A DNA stretch of 64,000 nucleotides, from NCBI GenBank assembly GCA_964057225.1, contig OZ059898.1, forward strand, positions 5,394,001 to 5,458,000, read 5' to 3'. Source of the stretch: Auanema rhodensis. Taxonomy: Eukaryota > Animalia > Nematoda. A program made the translations under genes and the position numbers. Shown here in pieces: positions 11,280 through 23,926 of the stretch; position 1 is the stretch's first letter; every line of letters starts with the position of its first letter. A model generated the notes under the pieces. That model did not search any database. It was not told the DNA's origin and worked only from the letters and a program-made list of their open reading frames with translations.

Positions 11280-14200
11280 AATTGTATATGACATAAGACT
11301 TATTGTGCCAATAACGAGAAGTATGAGAAGTAAAGAACAACAATAAAACAACTAAAAACGATTAAAATAATCGAAAATAACAAAATAGTATCCATATACG
11401 GCAAGAGAAGATGATTGGACAGATGCAGAGTAACACCAAGCCATTCAAGCTGTTGGAGGACAATAATCAATGAGAAAATATCGAGAGAAGCGAGAAAGAA
11501 AGTAAAAAAGAGAGGAAGATATTGATAGAAGGAAAGAGAGAGAGAGAAACGAAATGAACGAAAACTTAGCGACCTCCAGATTTCAAATGAAAAAGGATTT
11601 GATTAATTTTCAACAACGTCATCCATGAGAAAAGCTTTATGTGTGTACGAGAGGACAGAGAGAGAATGAGAAAAACAGAGAAATAAAAAGAGAAAGAGAG
11701 GGAGGAAGAGAGAGAGAAAAAAATTGAAACATATTTGAAGAAAGGGAAGAAGGCTGTAAGAATGATGGACAAATATCAAACACCTGTAACTTTGTAACAA
11801 ATATTATGATAATGAAAATGGTTTTGGTTATGAAAATAAAAAAGCTATTTAGAAAAGAAAAAGTTCTATGAGAAATGCTGTAATAAACATTTCAACCTGT
11901 TGTAATGATTTGATAAATAGAGAGAAGAATTCATGTCTGTAAAAAAACATGAATTAACCTTCACTTTGAAAACAAAAATGAGGAAAGGAAAAACTGAAAT
12001 TTAGATGAATATCTTAGATCAGCGAACACATAAACAGAATAGTAGTATCATGTTTTGTAAGTGGGTGGCTGAGAGGTTATGTTGTAGTCTTTGAATCAAT
12101 TTGCCTGTGAATAAACTAAAAAAAGTTGTTCTTAATACTACTTATGAGAGAGTAGACGATAATGAGAGAACTATGAAAAGCCAACGATAGTTCTGCATAA
12201 GTTCTATAACTCGATCTCACTTTTTAGTCACATGCGCATTCAGGCATCATTGAGATTTGCCGTCATCTACTGGCTTAGACTTCTGTTTACTGCATTGAGA
12301 TCCGATTCTCATCACCTCAAGCCCTGTTAAAGTCTCTCTTTATATATAGTTGACTTTATTATTTTTTTCCATATCCATCTTCATCTGTCTCAGTGCTTCT
12401 ACATAACCATCAAACTTTTTCCAAAACTATCCCTAATTAAGGATCATTCGTTGATGAAAATGTATAAATATGAAGAAAGAGCAACAGAAACACAGAGTAA
12501 TGGGGAGTGAAAGAGAAAATGAATGAAAGAATATGAAAAAGAAAATGAGAACTTTAGAGAGTAAATGAATATGAAGGAAAAAGAATGAAAAGAATACAAT
12601 TTCAGAGAGAAGTCTGACAGCTTTTCAATAATTGTGAGCTGGAAGACTCACAAGCAACAACGTGAGGACTAATGACACGTCGAACTTGAAATAAAGTATG
12701 AGTAGTCCATTAATAAAGTTCATTTTTTTCTTTTAAATGCTCTCTTTTCAAACCTTTAAACCTCCATTTTCGTATTTGTTTTAATAAGGATGGCTGCTCA
12801 GAATATCGAAACGACAAGGAATATTGAGATTTTTCTCCCTGGGGCAAAACCCGACAGCGGACGGATGACGACGACGCACGACGGACGAATGAGGCCTGAG
12901 GACTGAAAAATCTGAGCCAATTTGCGGTTATGAGGCACACGGATATCGATCAAAAATCGCAACGCCTCTTATGGAAATCAGTCATTTCTCATTGGGGCAA
13001 AGTGTTTTGGGCTTCAGCTTATAGAATTTTGTTTTAAAATGATTGGCTTCGTTGACAATTTGTACAACAACTAGGCTTGATAAATAAATGGCACGGTAGG
13101 TAAAATAAAGAACCAAAAAAGGACAACTCGAAATAATTTAAATATTGTAAAAATATAAGTAGTTGATACGAAAAACAAACGCAACTTGCTGCTTTCGATT
13201 ATTGATGCCATAACAGGGACAGGAGCGTCCAGCAAGATGAAAAATGATGAGGAAGGATTATTGTATTTTGAAGAGAGGAATAAGACACAACAAAAGATGA
13301 GCTGAAACGGAAATCAGAAGCAACAGATGGAAGCGGACAAAGCAGCAGCGGCGGCTTCTTGGCTAGCCACCAAAGCTACTAGTAGCTTGCACCATGAGCA
13401 TCTGTACGTAGTATGGCACGGCTGTGTCTCGTGATGATGAGAAAGTAGAGTTCCCATCAGACATTCTGCTTTTGTTGGCATAACACACGATATGAATATA
13501 ACAAAGGCACGTACTAAGCCTGAACTACACAACTGGGAGATGTGAACATTGAATAAAAATTTTTTCTGTTTGTAAGTCTTGAACGGAAAACTGAAACAGG
13601 AAAAATGTAGAATAAATAGAAAGGAATAAGTAGGCAACGATGGTGATGACTACGAAGAACGACAACGACGACGTCGACGAAGAAGGCAATGCAAGGAAAG
13701 GAAGAAATTGACAAGGAAGAAGAAGAGGATGGCACAACGACAATGTCAATTCGCAAAACGTGAAAATGCGGAGAAAAGGCAAACGTGACGAGTATGCAGA
13801 CTGGAAGATGAAAATGGACAATGTAAAAGGAAAAAAATCGAGTAGTGATGTGAATAAGAACAATATTCAAGATTGATTTTCAGAATAAATTGAATATATC
13901 TATTTTATGATATTTTTCTTATAATTGATAGTTGATTTGTGGAAATAGTTGGAATGATTTAAAATATTTTTGGTGTCATTGGATAAGGAACAAAACAACG
14001 GGGACAAGGAAGAGACCGATAAATAGAGCAGGACAGAGACTAGAAAGAAGAAGCTGACAAGAAGACTGAGCGGCAAGAATGCTCTAATCGGAGTGTAGAT
14101 CCTTTTGTGGGAATGGATAGATGGATGGAAGTAGGGCGGCTGAAACGGAGAAGCTTGTTTATTCCTTGAGAAATGTGTCTAAACGGAAATAATAAGAAAA

Positions 14201-14307
14201 GGACCTCGCTCCCCTCTTCTTTCCTCTTCTATTGCCTTCTTTCTATCTGTCCCTCTATATATATATATATCCCTTTTCATCCACTCTTCACTATTAACTA
14301 TGTACTA

Positions 14308-14310
<3 letters not shown>

Positions 14311-14370
<60 letters not shown>
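14311..14370. repeat. (TC)30 microsatellite
   Basis: Perfect dinucleotide run read directly from the sequence. Confidence 0.97.
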
Positions 14371-14374
<4 letters not shown>

Positions 14375-15788
14375 CTCTCTATCGTGGCAACATTTCTTGA
14401 CATCTAGTGAACATATTCACATGTGTTGATCTGATAGATGAAGACAAAGCTTTATATTGAAAAAAAAGTTAAAATAAATATTACGATATTAAAAAAAAAA
14501 AATATATATATATCATATACATGCACATGTATGTATTACCTTTGTCGGAAAAATTTAGATGTATGCAAAAAATCATTATCTCTAAAGTAAATCATGGTAC
14601 GTTTTCAAGATTGAACAGGTTCACTGGACAATGTTCAGTGAAAATCAATTCGAACAAAAAAAATTTATTGGCTGAGGACATTTTGATAAAACGGGGAAAC
14701 GATGTGAGTCATGTAACGATAGCATTCGAACAGGTTGTTACATTCATCGTTCGAATGCATGAAAGCTATATATTAGATATCCTAGCTTCTGATGACTTTT
14801 TCATAGAATACAAACGATTTTTAATTTTTTTTTGTTTCAACTATCATTCATAATAACTGATGAAGAAACAGGTGACAGAGTTATTTTAAACATTCGTAGA
14901 AAATATTGTCAACATGACTTGAAAATTATAAAATCTAGCTGAGCTTGGAAACATGTCGAACAAATCATTTAAATTGATTATTTGGCAGACAACTAAAGAA
15001 TAAGATAATCATATTGTTGCTGGTTATCCTGTTGAAAATAATTAAAGCATGTACTAGAGTTGAAGCTAAGTAGAAAATAAGTATTCAGATGACAGATGAC
15101 CTCTATTCTGGATATGAAATATCAAACAACGGAAATAACGAAACTATTATGACGTCGTTGTCATTATCGTCAATGTATATTGATGAAATCAAATACATAG
15201 TTTATAAATACATATATGACAGCTTTTGACTTGAAAAGATCTAAAGAGAAAGAGCAGAAAATAAAAGAGAAATAGAAAGAGAGGTAGCAACAAGAAGGCA
15301 AACGGACGGAGGGAAGAGGGAAATAAGTAAAAAAAAGGAAATCTGAATAAGGAAATGTCGAATATTACAACAGAATTGGCTTATCTTTAGATTCATTAGT
15401 CCTCATCATTTGCTTAAATTATATTGATAAGTAGCAAAAAAAATTATAATTTAAGAAATGAGCTTCTTTTTATAAATAATAAAGGAAAGTGAAATGAATT
15501 TTTAAAGAAAAATATATACATATTTCGGTCATACACATAATTTTTGTGCTCGTTTAAGGACAAGAAGGAACGCCAAAATGGTTAAGTGAACGAAATAAAT
15601 TGAAAAAATATTAAATTACGACAAAAAAAATGGGATTGATCTAATGAAAAAGTCAAATATTTTTTGGTAGCAGGCGTTTTCAATTAATTATATTAGCAAT
15701 AAAATCAATAATAAAACCTGTACTTAAACTTTTATGCATTGGCATAAAAGTTGATATAATTAATAAATAAATAAATAGTTATAATATT

Positions 15789-15834
<46 letters not shown>

Positions 15835-16903
15835 GTATATGTAAAATTATAATCATAATTTTAGATAATATAATGAATATCCATAAATAGACATTGAAGG
15901 GGTAACATACACACGGGCTTGGATCGATTAATGGACTGAAGTGGGAAGGACGGCCGGCTGTTAGGGCTGCTGGGGCCTGACTAACTGACTGACAGACTGC
16001 CTGGCAGGCTAGCCGGCGGCTTGTGGGACAATGGCTTCTCGCTTGAAGTTGACGGCTGCTGCAGCTACTGCTACTTCTACTGCTCATATCGGTCGCTGCT
16101 ACATTCGACAATGGGTATGACGACGACGTGGCGGACGTTTTCTAGACTTTGTCTGCGTTGTGGTCAACGGCTCTTGCTCTACTTGAATGAGCTTCGATGT
16201 TGTCGTCTGCTACGCTCGCCATCGCACATGTCATGGCTGTGTTCTTCGTCTCTGGTTCTTCCGCTTCTCTTCTAACATATGAGTACAGCTGAATTTGTGA
16301 TAAGTTTATAGCCTCAAGGCTAATAGAAAGGGAAGTTTTGCATTTTCCCTCTTATGACTTCGAGTTGATGATCCAGTAACACATTATGAAAGAAGCAGAA
16401 GTAGTTTGAACCACATGATCACATATATGAAAAGCATGAAAAAATGTGAGTGTGTGTGTTGTGAGAGAGAGAGAGGGACAGAGGTAGAAAGAGAAAGAGA
16501 GGGAGAGCGCAAGAGGAGTAGGATAATGAAAAATCAAGATAAACATTAAAAGATAAAATAAAGTTTTGATATATTGGGGGAGGTGAGTATAATGAATGAT
16601 TAAATGCCCTGAAACAGAAATTTTATCACATTTCAGACATTTACAACAAAAAATAGCACCTGAGTTTTAATATTAAAAAAAATTATTTGAATCAGACAAT
16701 GCTTCGTTGCTGATTTTGAAAATATTATCACATTCAATTATCTTCATCACACCTTATTAATCTAAAACATTAGGCTTTTTTAAATGTGCATTTTGTTAAA
16801 AAATTTCAAAAACAATATTAACTTTGTAAAGAAAACAAAACAAGAAAGATGAGAAAATTAACAAGCAACCTAGCTGTGCTAATTCACTGCTGAAAATAGA
16901 AAT

Positions 16904-16940
16904 ATTTCACGTGAAATCTTCGCGTCGAGTGATGACGTCA
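16904..16940. promoter_or_regulatory. Palindromic E-box (ATTTCACGTGAAAT) next to a full CRE (TGACGTCA)
   Basis: 14-bp palindrome at 16904-16917 and CRE at 16933-16940, in a CpG-rich patch 5.7 kb upstream of grk-2. Confidence 0.45.
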
Positions 16941-19900
16941 CACGAAATCGAATGCAATGTTTTTTTTGGCGATACAAATGCTAAACGTAGAGTTTTCAAC
17001 GTCAGAAAGATGTTGTCTGAATCAAATTTGAAAACTTTTCATTTTCAGGCGGAAAATAGTCTCAAAGGGCAGCTACGAGATAAGATATCTTAGCTGGCAG
17101 CTTAAGTTTATGAAGAGTTTGAGGCCGTTTAAAATAAGATAAGCGACGAAAAAATTTAGCGAATGAAGATGATGAAAAGTTTGTAAAGATTTATGAGCAT
17201 AATGCTGAAAATGGGGAGAGGAGGATGAGTACACTGAGAGCAAAATGAATGAATGATAACAGAAAAGTATTACATCATTCTAGACATGATGATATGTCGT
17301 GGGTACACTAGTCGTCTTTGTTACTTTTATGATTATTATATAAAAAATAAATAAATAATAATGATTATGGATGTTATACTTTATACTTTTATTGTCAAAT
17401 GATATATTCAGCAATCAAGTTTCTTTCATCATTTTCCTTTTTTTCTGTTAAATATATATATATGTATATATATGTTTGTATGTTATATATTATATATAAA
17501 TGTGAAATAGTATATGAATTCTATGTACATAGGGATTCTTTTCCAGATAGAATAGAAATATATAGATATATGCCGGATGTATCAAGATAATTGATGTTCA
17601 ACATACTAACTGCAAAATAATTTTTTTTCTTGAAAGTATTGCTTAGAAGCTTAACATCTATCCGTTCTATTTCATATGTTTTTTTTTTTTGCAAAATTTG
17701 TAATTTGTTGTTTGAAGTTGTTGACTACCCTTAGATATGTACGTATACATCTACATGTAATATGTATGTATGTATACTCTTAGCGAATACGAGAAACATT
17801 AATAGATAGCCATTTAACATAGAATATGCAAAAGAAATTTGCTAATAGGACAACGAGACATTTAATTAAAAGAAGCCCGTAATAGGCAGAGATTCAACAG
17901 GGAATAGAAATAAATGATATAGTTTAGAGAGAGAAAAAGATGAAGAGAAATGAAAAAGAATGGAGAAGAGAGAGAGAAAAATTAAAAAGAGAGAAAGAGA
18001 GAGAGAGAAAGAGGTTCGAAAATTGACAAAAGATCTATGAAAGTATGCAACATGGAATAAAATATATAGTTTAGAGTATACAGAAAAGAATCCAGAGAGA
18101 TAGAGCAAGAGCGAGATAGAGAGAGCTTGCATCTATGAGAGTATATTACATGAGGTCTACAAAAATTGAATGATGTTGAATCCCTTCATGTACATGTCAT
18201 AGTTTTTGAATCATAAAATTTTTACTTTGTTGCATTTTTGGAAAAAGCAAAATAGTGGATTGAATAAAAAACAAAAATTTGTTAAAGAAAGCGAATTTTG
18301 ACTCTACTGAAATCGGTGAATCGGTAAGTTAGTAGAGAATACGAGCAATAGATAACCTTTAACAAAAGATTCATCAAGTAATTTTCTTTCTGTGAATCAA
18401 CTTGAACTTTGTGTGTTCCATTTTCTTTTTTCTTTCTTTGACGCTCTATGCGCTTAAGGAAGCAGAAAGTCTGAATGTAGGTCATAGACCTGGGTAACGA
18501 GAATGAAGATGGTCCGACTTCCGAGCAAAACTTATATACATTTGCTTAAGTAATACAGAATAGTAAATTTGAATTAATTTGTGTTGTTTCATCTTACTAT
18601 GATTACAGAATAGTTCGAGAAGATTAGGAATTCCTATTCTTCAGGAAATGCACACGCTTTTCCTTTTTTTTTCGTTAGACCCATTATCCATCTTCGAAAA
18701 GATAGAATGCAAACAACAACATTATAATGAATTATAGGTATTCTTACAATCGTTTTTGAACGATGCCTGTTAATCTTATAGAACGAGAGCTGATAACTGC
18801 TCTTATTCAAATGAGTTACATAGGACAATAGCTTAAAATAGAAAATGCCTTGCAGGCAAAGTAGCCTCAGGCAAAGCCGTATAGGTCGTTCCCGTTCTCT
18901 CTCTCTCTCTCTCTTTCTCGCTTTCTCTATCTCTCTTACCCCTTCATTCAGTTTTCTTCTCTTTTTATCTATCTAATTCTTTCTCTTCTTCTTGTTCAAC
19001 TCTCTCAATATCTCTCAATATCTGTCTTACTTCTTTTCTCTTTCTTCATCATGGGGATCCTGCTTCCTCCTACGTCTGGACCACTTTTAGAAAATGCCGA
19101 CTGATTGATTCGCCCACGTACATGTTGAAAGGGTTAGAGAGAAAGATGAACTCAAGATACATTTTCATACAAGAGAAAGCTGAGAACAAGAATAGCGATA
19201 AAGCTATAAGATATTTGAATAGGTAATAAATGCATGTAAGAAAATGAGTAAGAAAATCCAACAACGAGGAAAATAGCGAAACAGGCTTTGCTGTGCTAGT
19301 TTGGAAGGTTTTAAGAGCTTCTACTCGATGTGTATCAGTTAAAAAAATGTTTACTTCCTTGTTTTTAGCTTTATTTGGCATTCGATCTATTTGGTTTACA
19401 TGGTATTTGTCCAAAAATTTACTACTTTTCCTTTCTTATTGTTAAAACAACGTTTTTTTCTTAACAACTTCATCTTCATCTCTAGTAGTATCCCTGTCTA
19501 AAGCTGATTTAACGATTCAGCTGATGAACAGAGCTCAAAAGTCCTTCTAAGGCCATAGGCAGTCCAATCCTTCCTTCCTCTTGTCTCGTTTTCTTCTATT
19601 CGAGACTTATCCATGAGATCGTCTGTCTGCTTTTTTACTTCAGAGAAGAAGAGACCGTAGGCTCCTTTTCGAAATTTTTTTCAAACAAATCATATAGATT
19701 AGCGTGAAGGGAGCATTTTCATTTGAGATTAGAAATAAAATGAGACAAAGCCATCAATATCGGTAAACATATTTTTTCTTCGTATTATATCCTTATTTAT
19801 AAAAAAAACAACAAAAAAAAGATATAATATCAAGTTTTAGATAGAAAACAAAGTTGGTTTTTAAAGAAAAATAAGAAATTTTTAAAGATTATTAAAGAAT

Positions 19901-20171
19901 TTTGTTTTATTATGGTTTTTTTTAAATGAAAGAAGTAGATAAAGCAGTAGAACAAACGTTTTCGCTGTTTTTTCAGTATATTAACTCTTTTTATGGACAA
20001 ATAAATTGTTGGTTTTAGCAATAGAAAATATTAATGAACACATTATTATATTTGAAATATAGTAAATTGAGAATACTGAGAAAGGAAAAGCCAAAAAAAA
20101 AAGAATAATTTCAAAATTGTATCGAGTAGTAGTTCATTCTATTGAAGAATGGAAGAAAGATGAAGGAAAAG

Positions 20172-20174
<3 letters not shown>

Positions 20175-20255
<81 letters not shown>

Positions 20256-20262
20256 GAGAGAG
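20175..20262. repeat. (AG)n microsatellite, ~44 units with one substitution
   Basis: Directly visible. It explains the ER-repeat and SL-repeat ORFs in the ORF track. Confidence 0.97.
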
Positions 20263-21450
20263 AAAGAGAGTGGAGGAAAGGTTGAGATTGAAGAGACAAA
20301 CGAGATAAAAAGAAAAAGAGAGGAATTGAGAGAGAGAGAGAGAGTGAAAAAGAAAGCTAGGAACATGGCTGACTACGCTAGAATCAGGTGTGGAGATTCT
20401 AACAAAATTTCTAAAATTGACAGAGAACATGCATTTGAAGTTACATGTTCTAACCGCTAGAAATCGCAAGAATAGTGAATAAAGGGTAAGAGAAAAAAAT
20501 CTGAAAATACCAATAAGAGAGAGAAAGCTAAGGGTTAAGTAAGGGTAGATAGAGCTTTTTAGGCAAAAAGCCCGGCTCTCACGGCGACTTCCGGTCGTCC
20601 GTTGAACGTAGAACAATCAATTGGCTGATGGACGAGAGGCTATGTTGGCCTGCTCAGCTGCTTTCATGGAAACACGACGAGAGATAGATGAGGACATACT
20701 CGGCATAGAATGCAAGTAAAGCAAGACGAGGTCCTGAAACGATAGACGATAAGAGACATTGGAATAGAAGAAAAAATGAAAGAAAAGGGATGAGGAAAGC
20801 TGAACCGTCGAAAAGAGAAACAGAAGATTAATGGCAGAGAGAGAAAAATTCAAGCACTAGTACATGTAGCTCTTCAAGAATAGGTTAGAAAATATGCATA
20901 GAGAATAAAACAAAGTTATATTTGATATGAAACAAAAAAATATGTGATTATATAATTATATGTTTAGAGATATTCTGATAAAAAATATTTTCAGAAATAT
21001 TTTCAAAATTTGCATTTCCAACGTTGTTGGCAAATGATTGTTCATATTCAGTGAATGTACGAGATGTATTCATGTCTGAGCAATGTGATTCCGATGTCTA
21101 CTAGATACAAGAAGAGTGAGCATTTTGGTTGTCATATGATTAGCTGGAATTCAGAAATAGTCATCATAGATGCGTAGCAAGACATCAGGAGCCTAATTGG
21201 GAGAATAAAAGAGAAGAAGAGCAATATCATAGAAAAGAAGATCAAAAACGGCATCAATGTAGAGAACAAAAATGAAGATTTCCAATCTAAATAAGGAAAG
21301 GTAGAGAACTGAGAGATAGTAATGAAGCTAAAGTTGACAGCGACATGCGAATGAGAATGAAAAAAAGAGATGAAAGTTAAGAGGAATTAAATGAAAAGAA
21401 TATGGATGATCTTAAACTAAAAAAAGAAAAGATAAAGAGAGAAAGCAAGG

Positions 21451-21455
21451 GAGAG

Positions 21456-21507
<52 letters not shown>

Positions 21508-21529
21508 AGAGAGAGAGAGAGAGAGAGAG
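21451..21529. repeat. Interrupted (GA)n microsatellite
   Basis: Directly visible. Confidence 0.95.
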
Positions 21530-23801
21530 GGTATGATATACAAATGATTATATAAATATATTTAAAAAATAAGATTATTCAGAGTAGTTATATGATATAA
21601 TCTACGTGAAAAGATTATAAGTGCTATGCTAATTAATATTTCCACGTGAAGAATATAGAATCTGGAATACGAAATAAGAAATATACTCAGAACATCATAC
21701 TTATACTCAAAATTGCTCTGTTTCATTTTGAAGATGTGAAACCAAAATAGTAATATGCTATATAGATGCTAAAGGAAATAACTTTCATATCCTTTTCCAT
21801 CAGCTTTTAATAAATAAACATATAGAAATATATAATATTTATTTATAATTTCTATAATACAAACGAATAGAAGATCAATTGTATAATATATAGTATATTT
21901 TTGTGTTCAATATTATATAAACTGTTCTCGGAAATCTAAAAAAGAATTTGGAACATATACATTTTTCACTCTTTCTTTATCTTTCACACTTCATTTACAA
22001 TTTTTTTTAAATTCAATCAAGTTCAACGTATTTCTTTTATTTTATCTTTTCAAAAAGAAAAAAAAGAATAATATCCGATAAAATATGTGAGATGATTCAA
22101 ACGAACTGTTTTTATACTATTATTTAGATATGAAAAGATTGGAAATTACATGTAATACTTGAAAAACAAATTATTTTTTTAAATTTCTAACATTTAAAGT
22201 TTTTCATTTATTATTATAAATTAGTTGTAATCTTGATTTTCAAAAATATCCATCTATAATACATACATAGGTTTATACTATTTATATATTAAAAATGTTA
22301 AAATATTATAACTATAACATATATTATATATTATATATAGTTATGGAAAATTGGAATAAAAATTTGAGCTAGATACATGCAAATGTGTGTATATTCACAC
22401 TCACAATCTATTTCATCAACTTGAAATATGTACTCCAACTATTTAAATATTATATATATATTTATAATAAAGACCTTTTTTTCAAAGTTTAAATATAAAA
22501 TATGACAAAATTCTTGAAAAAATCAGTTAATAAAACTATAAAATAACATTTCACAAATTACACAAACCCACCGCTTGAACATGAACAGACAAACCTTAAC
22601 AAAACTGGCTTAGTCGGTTAATGAAGCGAAAAAAAATTTTGTTTTTAAATTTTTGTTAAATGATTCAGTTGTTTGAAATAATGAATAAATGCATTTTTCA
22701 AACATTTACTACGAGTTAAATTCAGTTGGCTACTAAGCTAAACTTGAAAATTTATGAAAAATACATGAAAAGGAAAGAAACAAGTTAAAAAAAATTCAGT
22801 TAATGGTTGGAATACCACGAAGCAAAGAACATGCTGTGTTTGTTCTTGCTGCCTTCACATTATTCCGTGCTCTCTTTCATATTCCCTCTCTCATTTTCTT
22901 GTCTACTTTGGAATCACTGCCATTTATCGTTTGATCTTTTAGCTTTACTAGGCATCAGCTTCAAAGATCCTTGAGTAATTCATGACGCGTGTATGGACTT
23001 GAAATGATCTTGTCCTTCAATACGTGAGCACGATAGGTATTGCTGAGTATTTGAGCTTATAATCCGAAAAGAGCTGAACTAATGGAATATGACATCAACA
23101 TGAAAGACAAACATGAACCATCAAATAATTGTAATTAGTAATTCATTTAAATACATTTGAATCAAAAAATATATCTTTTGTTAAATTTATTTGATATAAT
23201 CATATCAAATTTACATATACATTATATTTTGATGCGATACTCAATCTAAAAATCGAAATCGTTGAATTATCGCAACTAAAAAATGAGTTTATTAACGTAT
23301 TTTTGTAAAAAAAATTCTTCAAAGTCTAAGGGATAACTGAATTATCAATAATTACGTTCAAGTATAATATAGATATGTTGTATATGTATTATATTTGTAT
23401 ATAGTATGTATGTAAGTTATTCTTATTTGATTAAGATAAGATGAAGAAAAACTAGTATTGTTACTTAATTCCACAATAGATTATTCAAAAAGAGATTATA
23501 TATAATATATTTGACATTAAACAATATATAAATAAGAAAATAAGCTTTTATTAAATATAATATACATTTGTATATTATATAAAACAATTTAATTTATACG
23601 TATATTTATTTCTATTGTTTAAAACTATTTTAATTATTTCTTTTTCTTATTAAATATTCCAAAAATTGTTATAATATATAATACAAACATTATTATATAA
23701 TGATATCATATATATTTATTCAAAAAAAAATTCAAAATCTGTAATGATATTGAAACTTTCAACCAGAAATTAATGATCAGTTTCTAAATGTAAAAGGAAA
23801 A

Positions 23802-23805
<4 letters not shown>

Positions 23806-23844
<39 letters not shown>

Positions 23845-23886
23845 CATAACATAATAAACTATTATTTTTATACTCTATATATATAC

Positions 23887-23920
<34 letters not shown>
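23806..23920. repeat. Two adjacent (TA)n microsatellites
   Basis: Runs at about 23806-23839 and 23893-23920. Confidence 0.93.
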
Positions 23921-23926
<6 letters not shown>

